A stretch of DNA of 64,000 nucleotides from an uncultured Candidatus Actinomarina sp. (GTDB lineage Bacteria; Actinomycetota; Acidimicrobiia; Actinomarinales; Actinomarinaceae), in assembly GCA_902626065.1 (NCBI GenBank), contig CACODT010000003.1, forward strand, positions 18,895 through 82,894. The letters run 5' to 3'. The position numbers were made by a program, and so were the translations under genes. The notes beneath the pieces are model-generated. The model did no database searches. It had not been told where the DNA came from and saw only the letters and a program-made list of their open reading frames with translations. The first letter of the stretch is position 1. Every line of letters begins with the position of its first letter. Below, piece after piece: positions 44,266 to 51,812 of the stretch.

Positions 44266-44862
44266 GTGAGAAAAAAAATAGCAGTATTCATATTATTTTT
44301 TTCTTTTTGCTCACTATTTCAAAATGAAGAGCAAGCTGTGGTATCTGTTGTCGATACAGATAAAGGAAAAGAGGCTATTGCGGCAGGTATAGAAATTAGT
44401 GAAGAGAAAGAGGAAATAGCAGATGAAGATGCACCACTTGTTTTGGTTCAATGCGTAAACGAAGCAGGATATAAATTTAAAGAACCCAAAAACTTTATAG
44501 ATTTATACACAACAATTTCAACTTACTTTGAGACGCTTACTGAACAGGAAGCAGAAGAACTCTGGAAATCAATTGAAGATTGTGCACTTAAATATAACTT
44601 ATGGGGAGTTGCTGATGAAGCACAATTTGAAGACCCAATTCAAACTTCAAAAGAATTAGACAGAGCTTTATTTATAGCAAATTGTTTTAGAGAAGAAGGA
44701 TATGAAAAAGTACCAGATCCTAATTATTTCAATAGAGATGTAAATCTTGATGCATATATTGATGAAAATTGGGAACTTAGAGAAGACGACCCCTTAGTTC
44801 AAACTTGGCAAGGTTGTGAAGAAAAGTTACCCGATGAATTAAAGGAAGAGTGGGATGATTAA
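44266..44862 (+). CDS. Secreted 4-Cys repeat protein, paralog 3
   Basis: GTG start. Signal 'MRKKIAVFILFFSFCSLF'. Modules: 'LVQCVNEAGYKFKEP...EDC' and 'IANCFREEGYEKVPDP...QGC'. Confidence 0.75.
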   Translation: MRKKIAVFILFFSFCSLFQNEEQAVVSVVDTDKGKEAIAAGIEISEEKEEIADEDAPLVLVQCVNEAGYKFKEPKNFIDLYTTISTYFETLTEQEAEELWKSIEDCALKYNLWGVADEAQFEDPIQTSKELDRALFIANCFREEGYEKVPDPNYFNRDVNLDAYIDENWELREDDPLVQTWQGCEEKLPDELKEEWDD

Positions 44863-44932
44863 AACTTACAATAAAAATTTTCTCTTAATATCGCTAAATA
44901 CAATAAAATACTCTAAGTAGAAAAATACACAT

Positions 44933-46519
44933 ATGAAATTAAATATATTTAAAAATAGAAATTTTTATATCCTGATAGTTTTAATAGTTATTGGTTCTGC
45001 TGGTTATTATGTTGGAACCCAAAATACTGAATCTTCATCAGTTAACAAAACACTACAGCTCACAACTGTTTCAATCCAGCAAGGTGACCTCGAAAAGAAA
45101 GAAGAGTACAACGGGACACTAAGACAAACTGATAGCAAAATACTTAACAGTCCAATGGCTGGAGTTGTTACTTTTATTCCAGATGAAGGAACTATTATAA
45201 AATTTGGAGAAATTCTTTTTGCTGTAGATAATAAACCTGTAATCCTGGTTGAAGGTTCAGTTCCTTTCTACAGAACATTAGATCTAAACTCTGATCCAGG
45301 ACCAGATGTATTACAACTTGAAAAAGCACTAGTTTATTTAGGATATGCAGCTGATGGATTTGTTCCAGATGACACTTTCGATGAAACTACTTCACAGATG
45401 CTTAACAAGCTTTATTTTGACTACAAAATAGAAACAAAATCTGAAGTTACTCCATCTGAGCAGGTTGCTATCAATTTGAAAGAAACAGAAGTAAAGAATA
45501 TTGAAGAAACCATTGACTCAGGTGGGACAACAATTACTGAAGTAAATGATAAAAAAAAGAAACTAGACGATGCAAAAGAAGATGCAACAGAAGAGAGCGC
45601 AGCTTGGAAAGCAGCAGATACAGCAATTAAAGACGCTGAAGAGACTTTGACACTTTATAGAGATGAAACAAACCCAAAAACAAAAGAGAAAAAAGCTGAT
45701 GGAACTTTAGATTCTGCAATTGAAGACTTAGAACAAACAATAGAAGAACAAAAAAGAATTAAAGCACTAGAAAAAGGAAAAGAGTCAGGCATAGACGCAA
45801 CAGAGGCACTTGCAATTGAGACAGCTCAAAAAGCTTATGAGGATGTTTTAAAAGACTACAATGAAGGAGTTGATCAGGAAGCTGAATTAGCAAAAGCAAA
45901 AGAAGAACTAGAAGAACTTAGATTAGCTTCAAAGTCAGAAACATTTAGTCCAACAAACGCCTATGCATCGGAAACAGCAATAATTGTTGGTTCTTATATA
46001 AACAAGGTTGGATCAGCAGTAGTTCTAAACTCTCAGCTTTATAATATTTCTTCAGTTGGAATTGAGGTTGTTTTCCAAGTTGATGCATCAGATCAAGAGA
46101 CAGTTTCAATTGGAGATAGTGTTGAGATAGAACTTCCTACAGATGAAAGAGTACCAACGGTAATTACCTTTATAGACCAAGTCGTTACTCAAACTCAAAC
46201 TGGAGATTTTATTGAGGTGATTCTTGAAGTACTAAATCCAGAAGAAATTGAAGCTTATGATCAAGCACCAGTAAAAGTATTTGTTACAACTGAAATATCC
46301 GAGAATGTGCTTTATGTACCTGTAAATGCACTAATTGCTTTAGCTGAGGGAGGTTATGCTTTAGAAATTTATGAAGGTGAAGCTGAAGGAGGAGTTTTTG
46401 AGGGTGAATCAGGAGTTGACACTATCTATGTAGCTGTTGAAATTGGAGTCTTTACTGATGGGTTTGTAGAAATCAAGGGAAATATTACTAAAGGTCAACT
46501 TGTAGTCGTACCACGATGA
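44933..46519 (+). CDS. MacA/HlyD-like membrane-fusion adaptor with an embedded peptidoglycan-binding domain and long coiled coil
   Basis: N-terminal TM 'FYILIVLIVIGSAGYYVG'. Lipoyl-like 'LNSPMAGVVTFIPDEGTIIKFGEILFAV'. PG_binding_1-like 'GPDVLQLEKALVYLGYAADGFVPDDTFDETTSQMLNKLY'. About 170 aa of K/E/A-rich coiled coil. Beta-barrel 'VSIGDSVEIELP'. Confidence 0.8.
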   Translation: MKLNIFKNRNFYILIVLIVIGSAGYYVGTQNTESSSVNKTLQLTTVSIQQGDLEKKEEYNGTLRQTDSKILNSPMAGVVTFIPDEGTIIKFGEILFAVDNKPVILVEGSVPFYRTLDLNSDPGPDVLQLEKALVYLGYAADGFVPDDTFDETTSQMLNKLYFDYKIETKSEVTPSEQVAINLKETEVKNIEETIDSGGTTITEVNDKKKKLDDAKEDATEESAAWKAADTAIKDAEETLTLYRDETNPKTKEKKADGTLDSAIEDLEQTIEEQKRIKALEKGKESGIDATEALAIETAQKAYEDVLKDYNEGVDQEAELAKAKEELEELRLASKSETFSPTNAYASETAIIVGSYINKVGSAVVLNSQLYNISSVGIEVVFQVDASDQETVSIGDSVEIELPTDERVPTVITFIDQVVTQTQTGDFIEVILEVLNPEEIEAYDQAPVKVFVTTEISENVLYVPVNALIALAEGGYALEIYEGEAEGGVFEGESGVDTIYVAVEIGVFTDGFVEIKGNITKGQLVVVPR

Positions 46520-47220
46520 AAACCGATACAAAAACTGTAATTTCAATCAATGATATTTCAAAAGTTTATGAAGGACCACCCCCTGTAAAAGCACTAGATG
46601 GAGTTTCTTTAAATGTTAAAGAAGGAGATTTAGTTGCAATTGTTGGACAATCTGGAAGTGGTAAATCAACTTTACTAAATATGATTGGATTATTGGATAG
46701 TATTACAGACGGTTCAATTGAAATAGAAGGCAAAGATATATCTGACTTAACAGATAATGAACTATCAAAATTTAGAGGTGAAAAAATAGGATTCATTTTT
46801 CAAAGCTTTTTTCTTCTGCCTGGATTGACAGCACAAGAGAATGTTGCAGAGGGGTTACTATATCAAGGGATTTCAAGGTCAGAAAGGTTAGAAAAAGCAG
46901 GAGATGTTTTAGAACAAGTAGGACTAGGTGATAGGTTAAGCCACCTTCCCAAAGAACTTTCCGGTGGTCAGCAACAAAGAGTTGCAATTGCTAGAGCGCT
47001 AGTACAAGACCCAGCATTTGTTTTAGCAGATGAGCCAACTGGAAATTTGGATAAAGAATCAGGAATAAATATTTTAAATATCTTAAAAGAACTTAATGAC
47101 CAAGGAAAAACTGTAATTATGATTACTCACAATCAAGAACACGCAAATATGTTTAAAAAAGTAATTGAATTGGTTGATGGAAAAATTGTGAAAAATGAAA
47201 AGAAAAAAACTAAGAACTAG
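46516..47220 (+). CDS. ABC transporter ATP-binding protein (MacB-type)
   Basis: ATG overlaps the adaptor stop (ATGA). 'GQSGSGKSTLLN', 'LSGGQQQRVAIARAL', 'VLADEPTGNLD', 'ITHN'. Confidence 0.9.
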   Translation: MKTDTKTVISINDISKVYEGPPPVKALDGVSLNVKEGDLVAIVGQSGSGKSTLLNMIGLLDSITDGSIEIEGKDISDLTDNELSKFRGEKIGFIFQSFFLLPGLTAQENVAEGLLYQGISRSERLEKAGDVLEQVGLGDRLSHLPKELSGGQQQRVAIARALVQDPAFVLADEPTGNLDKESGINILNILKELNDQGKTVIMITHNQEHANMFKKVIELVDGKIVKNEKKKTKN

Positions 47221-48379
47221 AGATTTATTTTTTGTTGCACTTTATGGCGTACGCGCAAGAAAAGGAAGAGCTACTCTTACTTCTATTGGAATTGGAATAG
47301 GAATAGCTGCAATAGTTGCAGTTTCCGGAATATCAGCATCTGGAAGGGCTGACTTACTATCAACTCTTGAGTCACTTGGAACAAATCTGGTAAAAGCTTC
47401 TCCTCAAGCAGGATTTTTTGGAACTCAAGAAGATTTACCAAAAGGAGTTCTTGGAATGGTTGAAAGAATTGGACCAGTTGAAGAAGTAACATCTACAACT
47501 CAGACTGATTTATTAGTTCGTAGAAGTAACTTCATATCAGAATTTGAAGGTGGGGGAATTTCAACAATAATTACGAGCGCAGAACTTTTAGATGTAATTG
47601 GAGGTAATCTTGTTGAAGGCAGATTCATTACACCTGGTTTGTCTAACATACCTGTAACCGTGTTAGGAAGCGTTACTGCTGAGAGACTTGGAATTACAAA
47701 TCTCTCGACACCTACAAAAATTCTCATTGATAATGAATGGTTTGGGGTAATAGGGGTATTAGAAGAGCTTAAAATACATCCAGACCTAGATAGATCAGTA
47801 TTTATAGGTTATGGAGTTGCAAAAACTCTTTTTGATATTGATGAGGAACCAACAACAATTTACTTAAGAGCAAATCCAACTTTTATTGAGGATGTTGTTG
47901 AGGTACTAGCTCCATCAATGAATCCTGAAAATCCTGATCAAGTAGAAGTTACTAGACCCTCAGATGCACTTGAGGCGCAACAAGCAGCTGAAGAAGCATT
48001 TACTAATTTATTACTGGGGCTTGGTTCCGTAGCTCTTCTTGTTGGAGGTGTTGCAATAGCAAACGTAATGGTTATGTCTGTTCTTGAAAGAAGAATGGAA
48101 ATTGGTGTGAGAAGATCAATTGGAGCAACCCGTAGAGAAATAAGGTATCAATTTTTATTAGAAAGTATTGTTTTATCTGGAATAGGAGGACTTGTTGGTG
48201 TTGGCCTAGGAACCTTCATTACCTTGGCTTACACTAACTACACAGATATTGTATTCTCAATACCTATATGGCAGATTTTAGGAGCAGTATTTTTAGCATT
48301 ATTAATTGGAGCAATTTCAGGAGTATATCCAGCTATAAAAGCATCAAAAATTCAACCAGCAGAAGCAGTAAGAAAGTAA
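47195..48379 (+). CDS. ABC transporter permease, MacB/FtsX type (4 TM plus extracytoplasmic domain)
   Basis: 394 aa. 'GRATLTSIGIGIGIAAIV' (TM1), about 220-aa external domain, FtsX block 'ERRMEIGVRRSIGATRREI', C-terminal 'YPAIKASKIQPAEAVRK'. Confidence 0.9.
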   Translation: MKRKKLRTRDLFFVALYGVRARKGRATLTSIGIGIGIAAIVAVSGISASGRADLLSTLESLGTNLVKASPQAGFFGTQEDLPKGVLGMVERIGPVEEVTSTTQTDLLVRRSNFISEFEGGGISTIITSAELLDVIGGNLVEGRFITPGLSNIPVTVLGSVTAERLGITNLSTPTKILIDNEWFGVIGVLEELKIHPDLDRSVFIGYGVAKTLFDIDEEPTTIYLRANPTFIEDVVEVLAPSMNPENPDQVEVTRPSDALEAQQAAEEAFTNLLLGLGSVALLVGGVAIANVMVMSVLERRMEIGVRRSIGATRREIRYQFLLESIVLSGIGGLVGVGLGTFITLAYTNYTDIVFSIPIWQILGAVFLALLIGAISGVYPAIKASKIQPAEAVRK

Positions 48380-48894
48380 TCTTTCTTGCTTTGTTGGTTT
48401 CTTCCTGCACTATTGGCGAAGAAGAAACTAAGGGTGTAGTCTCACTCGAAGAAAGTGTATCCTCTACAACAATTATTGAGCAAGTAACTTTTGAAGAAGG
48501 TGTTTTGAATTTTGCACAATGTATGAGAGAAGAAGGCATTGACTTTCCAGACCCTTCATTTGATATAGACGGCAATCCAGAATTTGATAATTTAGACATT
48601 GAAAACGAAGAAGAATTTGAAGAAGCATTTACAAGCTGTGAAGATATTTTGAGAAACGCACTTCCTGATCAATTTGATCTTGATCCAGAAGTTGAGGCAG
48701 CATTGGTTGATGCATCATTAGAATTTTCAAAATGTATGAGAGATGAAGGTATCAGCAACTTTCCTGACCCAACACCAGGTGAATTTGGATTTTTTGCTTT
48801 TAGAGATGCTGATATCGAATGGACTTCAGACGAGGTACAGGAAGCATTTGAAATTTGTCAACCAGAAAATCCTTTAGAGAATTTAAACGATTAA
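48268..48894 (+). CDS. Secreted 4-Cys repeat lipoprotein, paralog 4 (start codon unresolved)
   Basis: The mature part starts at lipobox 'KKVIFLALLVSSCTIG' (Cys codon 48406-48408). Modules: 'FAQCMREEGIDFPDP...TSC' and 'FSKCMRDEGISNFPDP...EIC'. The only canonical start, ATG 48268, lies 112 nt inside the permease gene. Confidence 0.65.
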   Translation: MADFRSSIFSIINWSNFRSISSYKSIKNSTSRSSKKVIFLALLVSSCTIGEEETKGVVSLEESVSSTTIIEQVTFEEGVLNFAQCMREEGIDFPDPSFDIDGNPEFDNLDIENEEEFEEAFTSCEDILRNALPDQFDLDPEVEAALVDASLEFSKCMRDEGISNFPDPTPGEFGFFAFRDADIEWTSDEVQEAFEICQPENPLENLND

Positions 48895-48899
48895 ATAAT

Positions 48900-48926
48900 T
48901 GAATTTTTATCACTAAAAATTATTCA
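48900..48926. terminator. Weak AT-rich hairpin between convergent genes (possible bidirectional terminator)
   Basis: 'TGAATTTTTA-TCAC-TAAAAATTATTCA'. The 8-bp core AATTTTTA/TAAAAATT extends with a 2-nt bulge. It lies between the stops at 48894 (+) and 48937 (-). Confidence 0.3.
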
Positions 48927-48936
48927 AGAAAACTTA

Positions 48937-49404
48937 TTAGATACCTGAATCAAAATACATAGGCGGGCTTACACTTATAGTTTGCCAACATAGTCCTTCG
49001 TTCATTTCACATTTATCTAGAGTAAATATCCAATTCACAATAAAGTATTCGTTTTTATTATTTAAAATTTTTATTTCATATTGAATTGTTTGATCATCTT
49101 CTTGTAAAACTTCAAATGAATAATCAGTTAAATTTATTATTGCGTTGTATGGTTCAGATGTAAGCATTACTCCAAATCTCTCAATAGGTCCAGTTACAGC
49201 CTTATTGTCTTCATGTGCATGACTCCATATCGTTTTTATAGCCTTCTCAGGTTCTGCAGAGAAGTCCTTGTAGCTTTCCATTATTTCAATGAGTATCTCT
49301 TCTGAGCCTGTCTGTTTGAAGGAAATCTTATCGTTATTGTCAATAAAATTACAATTGATAATAATTAATAGAAATAAGAAAGTCTTTTGAATTTTTTTAG
49401 CCAC
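48937..49404 (-). CDS. Secreted (lipo)protein, hypothetical, possibly NTF2-like fold
   Basis: GTG start. Signal 'MAKKIQKTFLFLLIIINC'. No catalytic motif recognised. Its start overlaps the stop of the upstream mini-ORF. Confidence 0.6.
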   Translation of the reverse strand: MAKKIQKTFLFLLIIINCNFIDNNDKISFKQTGSEEILIEIMESYKDFSAEPEKAIKTIWSHAHEDNKAVTGPIERFGVMLTSEPYNAIINLTDYSFEVLQEDDQTIQYEIKILNNKNEYFIVNWIFTLDKCEMNEGLCWQTISVSPPMYFDSGI

Positions 49405-49492
49405 GTAAAACGAGTGTTGTGACTAAATACAAATGCAGTAAAAAGGTAACAAACAAAAACGACCAAAATAACCTTTTTTCTAATTTACTCAC
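49397..49492 (-). CDS. Mini-ORF A, 31-aa single-TM peptide (unannotated)
   Basis: Hand translation: MSKLEKRLFWSFLFVTFLLHLYLVTTLVLRG. GTG start overlaps the stop of mini-ORF B (GTGA). Its stop overlaps the GTG of the 155-aa gene (GTGGCTAA). Paralogous to mini-ORF B. Confidence 0.5.
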   Translation of the reverse strand: MSKLEKRLFWSFLFVTFLLHLYLVTTLVLRG

Positions 49493-49596
49493 AATGAAAT
49501 AGTAACTAAGCCTATTGAATTTAGAACTAAATAGAAATGGAATACGAAAGCAATTCCCATGAATCCCCAAAATGCGAGTTTTTCCAATTTAGTCAC
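49489..49596 (-). CDS. Mini-ORF B, 35-aa single-TM peptide (unannotated)
   Basis: Hand translation: MTKLEKLAFWGFMGIAFVFHFYLVLNSIGLVTISL. It shares M-[ST]-K-L-E-K-x2-F-W-x-F-x7-H-x-Y-L-V with mini-ORF A. The differences include synonymous changes (TTA/TTG). Confidence 0.5.
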   Translation of the reverse strand: MTKLEKLAFWGFMGIAFVFHFYLVLNSIGLVTISL

Positions 49597-49636
49597 AGTT
49601 GAATAGTAGTGATAAATAAAAGTTTTAAGTAATTAA

Positions 49637-49795
49637 TTAATCTCTATTTGCTTTTTCGTATGCTTGACTATATAAAATTAGGGTCGGGGCCCATAGTCCA
49701 ACATAGATAGCAAGTTGCGAATCATCAAGCACAACATAGATTAAAACTGATGCAATCACAGAAACTATGCTTGCATAAAGTCCAAGTTTTATCAT
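49637..49795 (-). CDS. Small membrane protein, 52 aa (unannotated)
   Basis: Hand translation: MIKLGLYASIVSVIASVLIYVVLDDSQLAIYVGLWAPTLILYSQAYEKANRD. 'AAAGGACC' SD-like sequence lies about 10 nt upstream on the minus strand. Confidence 0.5.
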   Translation of the reverse strand: MIKLGLYASIVSVIASVLIYVVLDDSQLAIYVGLWAPTLILYSQAYEKANRD

Positions 49796-49856
49796 TATTA
49801 AAAGGTCCTTTCAATTAATATTATAATTTACCACAATTATTAGTATTAATTAGTAA

Positions 49857-50000
49857 ATGATAGAAACATTAAGTCAAAACCCGCTTTCGTTAGTATTAAT
49901 ATTTCCAGTTGTTACGCTCACAATATTTGTTGTTGGCATAATAAGAATTGATTTAGCTAAATTTCAAGAAAAACACGTTTCTGGAAACGAAGAAGAGTAA
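49857..50000 (+). CDS. Small single-TM protein, 47 aa (unannotated)
   Basis: Hand translation: MIETLSQNPLSLVLIFPVVTLTIFVVGIIRIDLAKFQEKHVSGNEEE. Divergent from the 52-aa ORF. Confidence 0.45.
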   Translation: MIETLSQNPLSLVLIFPVVTLTIFVVGIIRIDLAKFQEKHVSGNEEE

Positions 50001-50037
50001 TTTTATTTTTGTCACAATAAGTTACTTATATTAAATT

Positions 50038-50538
50038 ATGGACTTTGATAAATTAGATAAACTTAATGACAATGAATTGTTTGATTTACAAAATCAAATA
50101 TCAGAAGTAATAAGAAAGAGAAACCTTGAAAAAGGTGACATCGAAGAAATTATTGAAAATTCGTTTAATATAGGTTTCCCAAAAGTAGATGGATTAGGGC
50201 TTAATCCATGGATTGAAAATTCATTAATTATTTGCCCTGGTGCAAGAATTGATAAAACAAAAACAAGACATGTTTGTAAATTTATTGTAATTGACGAAGA
50301 ATGGTCTTGGGAGTCACCACATATGATCAGTGATGTAATAAGAAGAGATCAGTCCTCAAAAAATTTCAGACAGCACTCGATTACATTAGTTTCTCCATTT
50401 GAAGGAATGAAAGTTCAAGTAATCTCACAAAAGTCACAACAAGGTAAACACCTTGTAGAAGGAGTCGAGTCTTTTGAGTTTAAGAATGGAAAGTTGGAAA
50501 AGACTATGACAAAATCATCAAGATCGAGGGAACATTAA
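50038..50538 (+). CDS. Hypothetical soluble protein
   Basis: 166-aa ORF with no motif I recognise. Tightly packed between the 47-aa ORF and ndh. Confidence 0.55.
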   Translation: MDFDKLDKLNDNELFDLQNQISEVIRKRNLEKGDIEEIIENSFNIGFPKVDGLGLNPWIENSLIICPGARIDKTKTRHVCKFIVIDEEWSWESPHMISDVIRRDQSSKNFRQHSITLVSPFEGMKVQVISQKSQQGKHLVEGVESFEFKNGKLEKTMTKSSRSREH

Positions 50539-50568
50539 TTACTCACCAAAGTTTTATAATTTAACTAT

Positions 50569-51810
50569 ATGATAAAAGTAGTTGTTGTTGGCGGTGGATT
50601 TGGTGGACTGAAGTTTCTTCAACATGCTAGAAGTAGCAAGATTCAATTCACTCTAATAGATAAACAAAATCATCATTTATTTCAACCTTTACTTTATCAA
50701 GTTGCTACAGCAGTATTATCACCAGCTAATATTGCTTTTCCTATTAGAAGAATGTTTAAAAATTTTAAGAATGTAAAAGTTATTTTGGACGAAGCAATTG
50801 ATATAAATCGTGAAGAAAAAACAGTAACAATATCTAGTGGAGAAAAAATTAAGTATGATCAACTTATCGTAAGCACTGGTTCTAAACATTCCTATTTTGG
50901 TAACGATGAATGGTCAAAATATTCAAATGGACTAAAAGGCATCAATGATGCTTTGCAAATTAGAGAAAGATTATTAAGAGCTTTTGAAAAAGCAGAAAAT
51001 GAAAAAAATACTGAAAAGAGGAGCAAATATTTAAATTTTGTCGTTGTTGGGGGAGGACCAACAGGTGTTGAAATGGCAGGTTCAATTGCAGAAATTGCAT
51101 ATAGAAATATGAAAGAAGAATTCAGAAATTTTAAAAGTTCTGACGCAAATGTTTACTTGATTGAAGCTACGGACAAAATTTTACCAATGTATAGTGACAG
51201 ACTCTCTACCAAAGCTGAAAAATATTTGACGGATTTTGGTGTCCAAGTCAGAACAAATGAAAAAGTGATAAAAATAGAAAATGACTTAGTTACAACTGAT
51301 AAAGAAAGTATTCAAGCTGATAATGTTATCTGGGCTGCAGGAAACGAAGCGAGTCCAATAATAAAAAAATTAAATACTAAAACAGACAATGAGGGAAGAG
51401 CAATTGTAGACCCTGACTGCTCAATTAAAGATGATGGAAATGTGTTTGTTATTGGCGATGCAGCGAACTACAAGGATAAAAATAACATCACCCTTCCTGG
51501 CATTGCCCCTGTTGCAATTCAACAGGGTAAATATCTTGCAAAAATAATAAAAAAGAAAACACTTAAACAAGACAGAAAGCCCTTTAGATATTATGACAAA
51601 GGAATGATGGCAACAGTCGGAAGATATAAAGCTATCGGAAAAATTGGAAATATAGAAGTTTCAGGTTTTATCGCTTGGTTATTTTGGAGTGGAATTCATA
51701 TTCTTTATTTGATTGGATACAGATCAAAAATCTTGGTTGTTATTGAGTGGATATTTTCTTATTTATTCAATAAAAAAGGAACTAGATTAATTTACAGAGA
51801 GCCGACCTAA
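50569..51810 (+). CDS. ndh: Type II NADH dehydrogenase (NDH-2)
   Basis: 'VVVVGGGFGGL', 'HLFQPLLYQVAT', 'FVVVGGGPTGVEMAG', 'VFVIGDAA'. C-terminal amphipathic/hydrophobic tail. Confidence 0.9.
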   Translation: MIKVVVVGGGFGGLKFLQHARSSKIQFTLIDKQNHHLFQPLLYQVATAVLSPANIAFPIRRMFKNFKNVKVILDEAIDINREEKTVTISSGEKIKYDQLIVSTGSKHSYFGNDEWSKYSNGLKGINDALQIRERLLRAFEKAENEKNTEKRSKYLNFVVVGGGPTGVEMAGSIAEIAYRNMKEEFRNFKSSDANVYLIEATDKILPMYSDRLSTKAEKYLTDFGVQVRTNEKVIKIENDLVTTDKESIQADNVIWAAGNEASPIIKKLNTKTDNEGRAIVDPDCSIKDDGNVFVIGDAANYKDKNNITLPGIAPVAIQQGKYLAKIIKKKTLKQDRKPFRYYDKGMMATVGRYKAIGKIGNIEVSGFIAWLFWSGIHILYLIGYRSKILVVIEWIFSYLFNKKGTRLIYREPT

Positions 51811-51812
51811 TT

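Noticed and set aside
49418-49597. 11-bp inverted repeat TGTGACTAAAT / ATTTAGTCACA about 160 bp apart
   Set aside because: It is explained by the paralogy of the two mini-ORFs: 'TATTTAGTCACA' inside ORF A versus 'GTGACTAAAT' at the start of ORF B. There is no additional evidence for a mobile element or an RNA stem.
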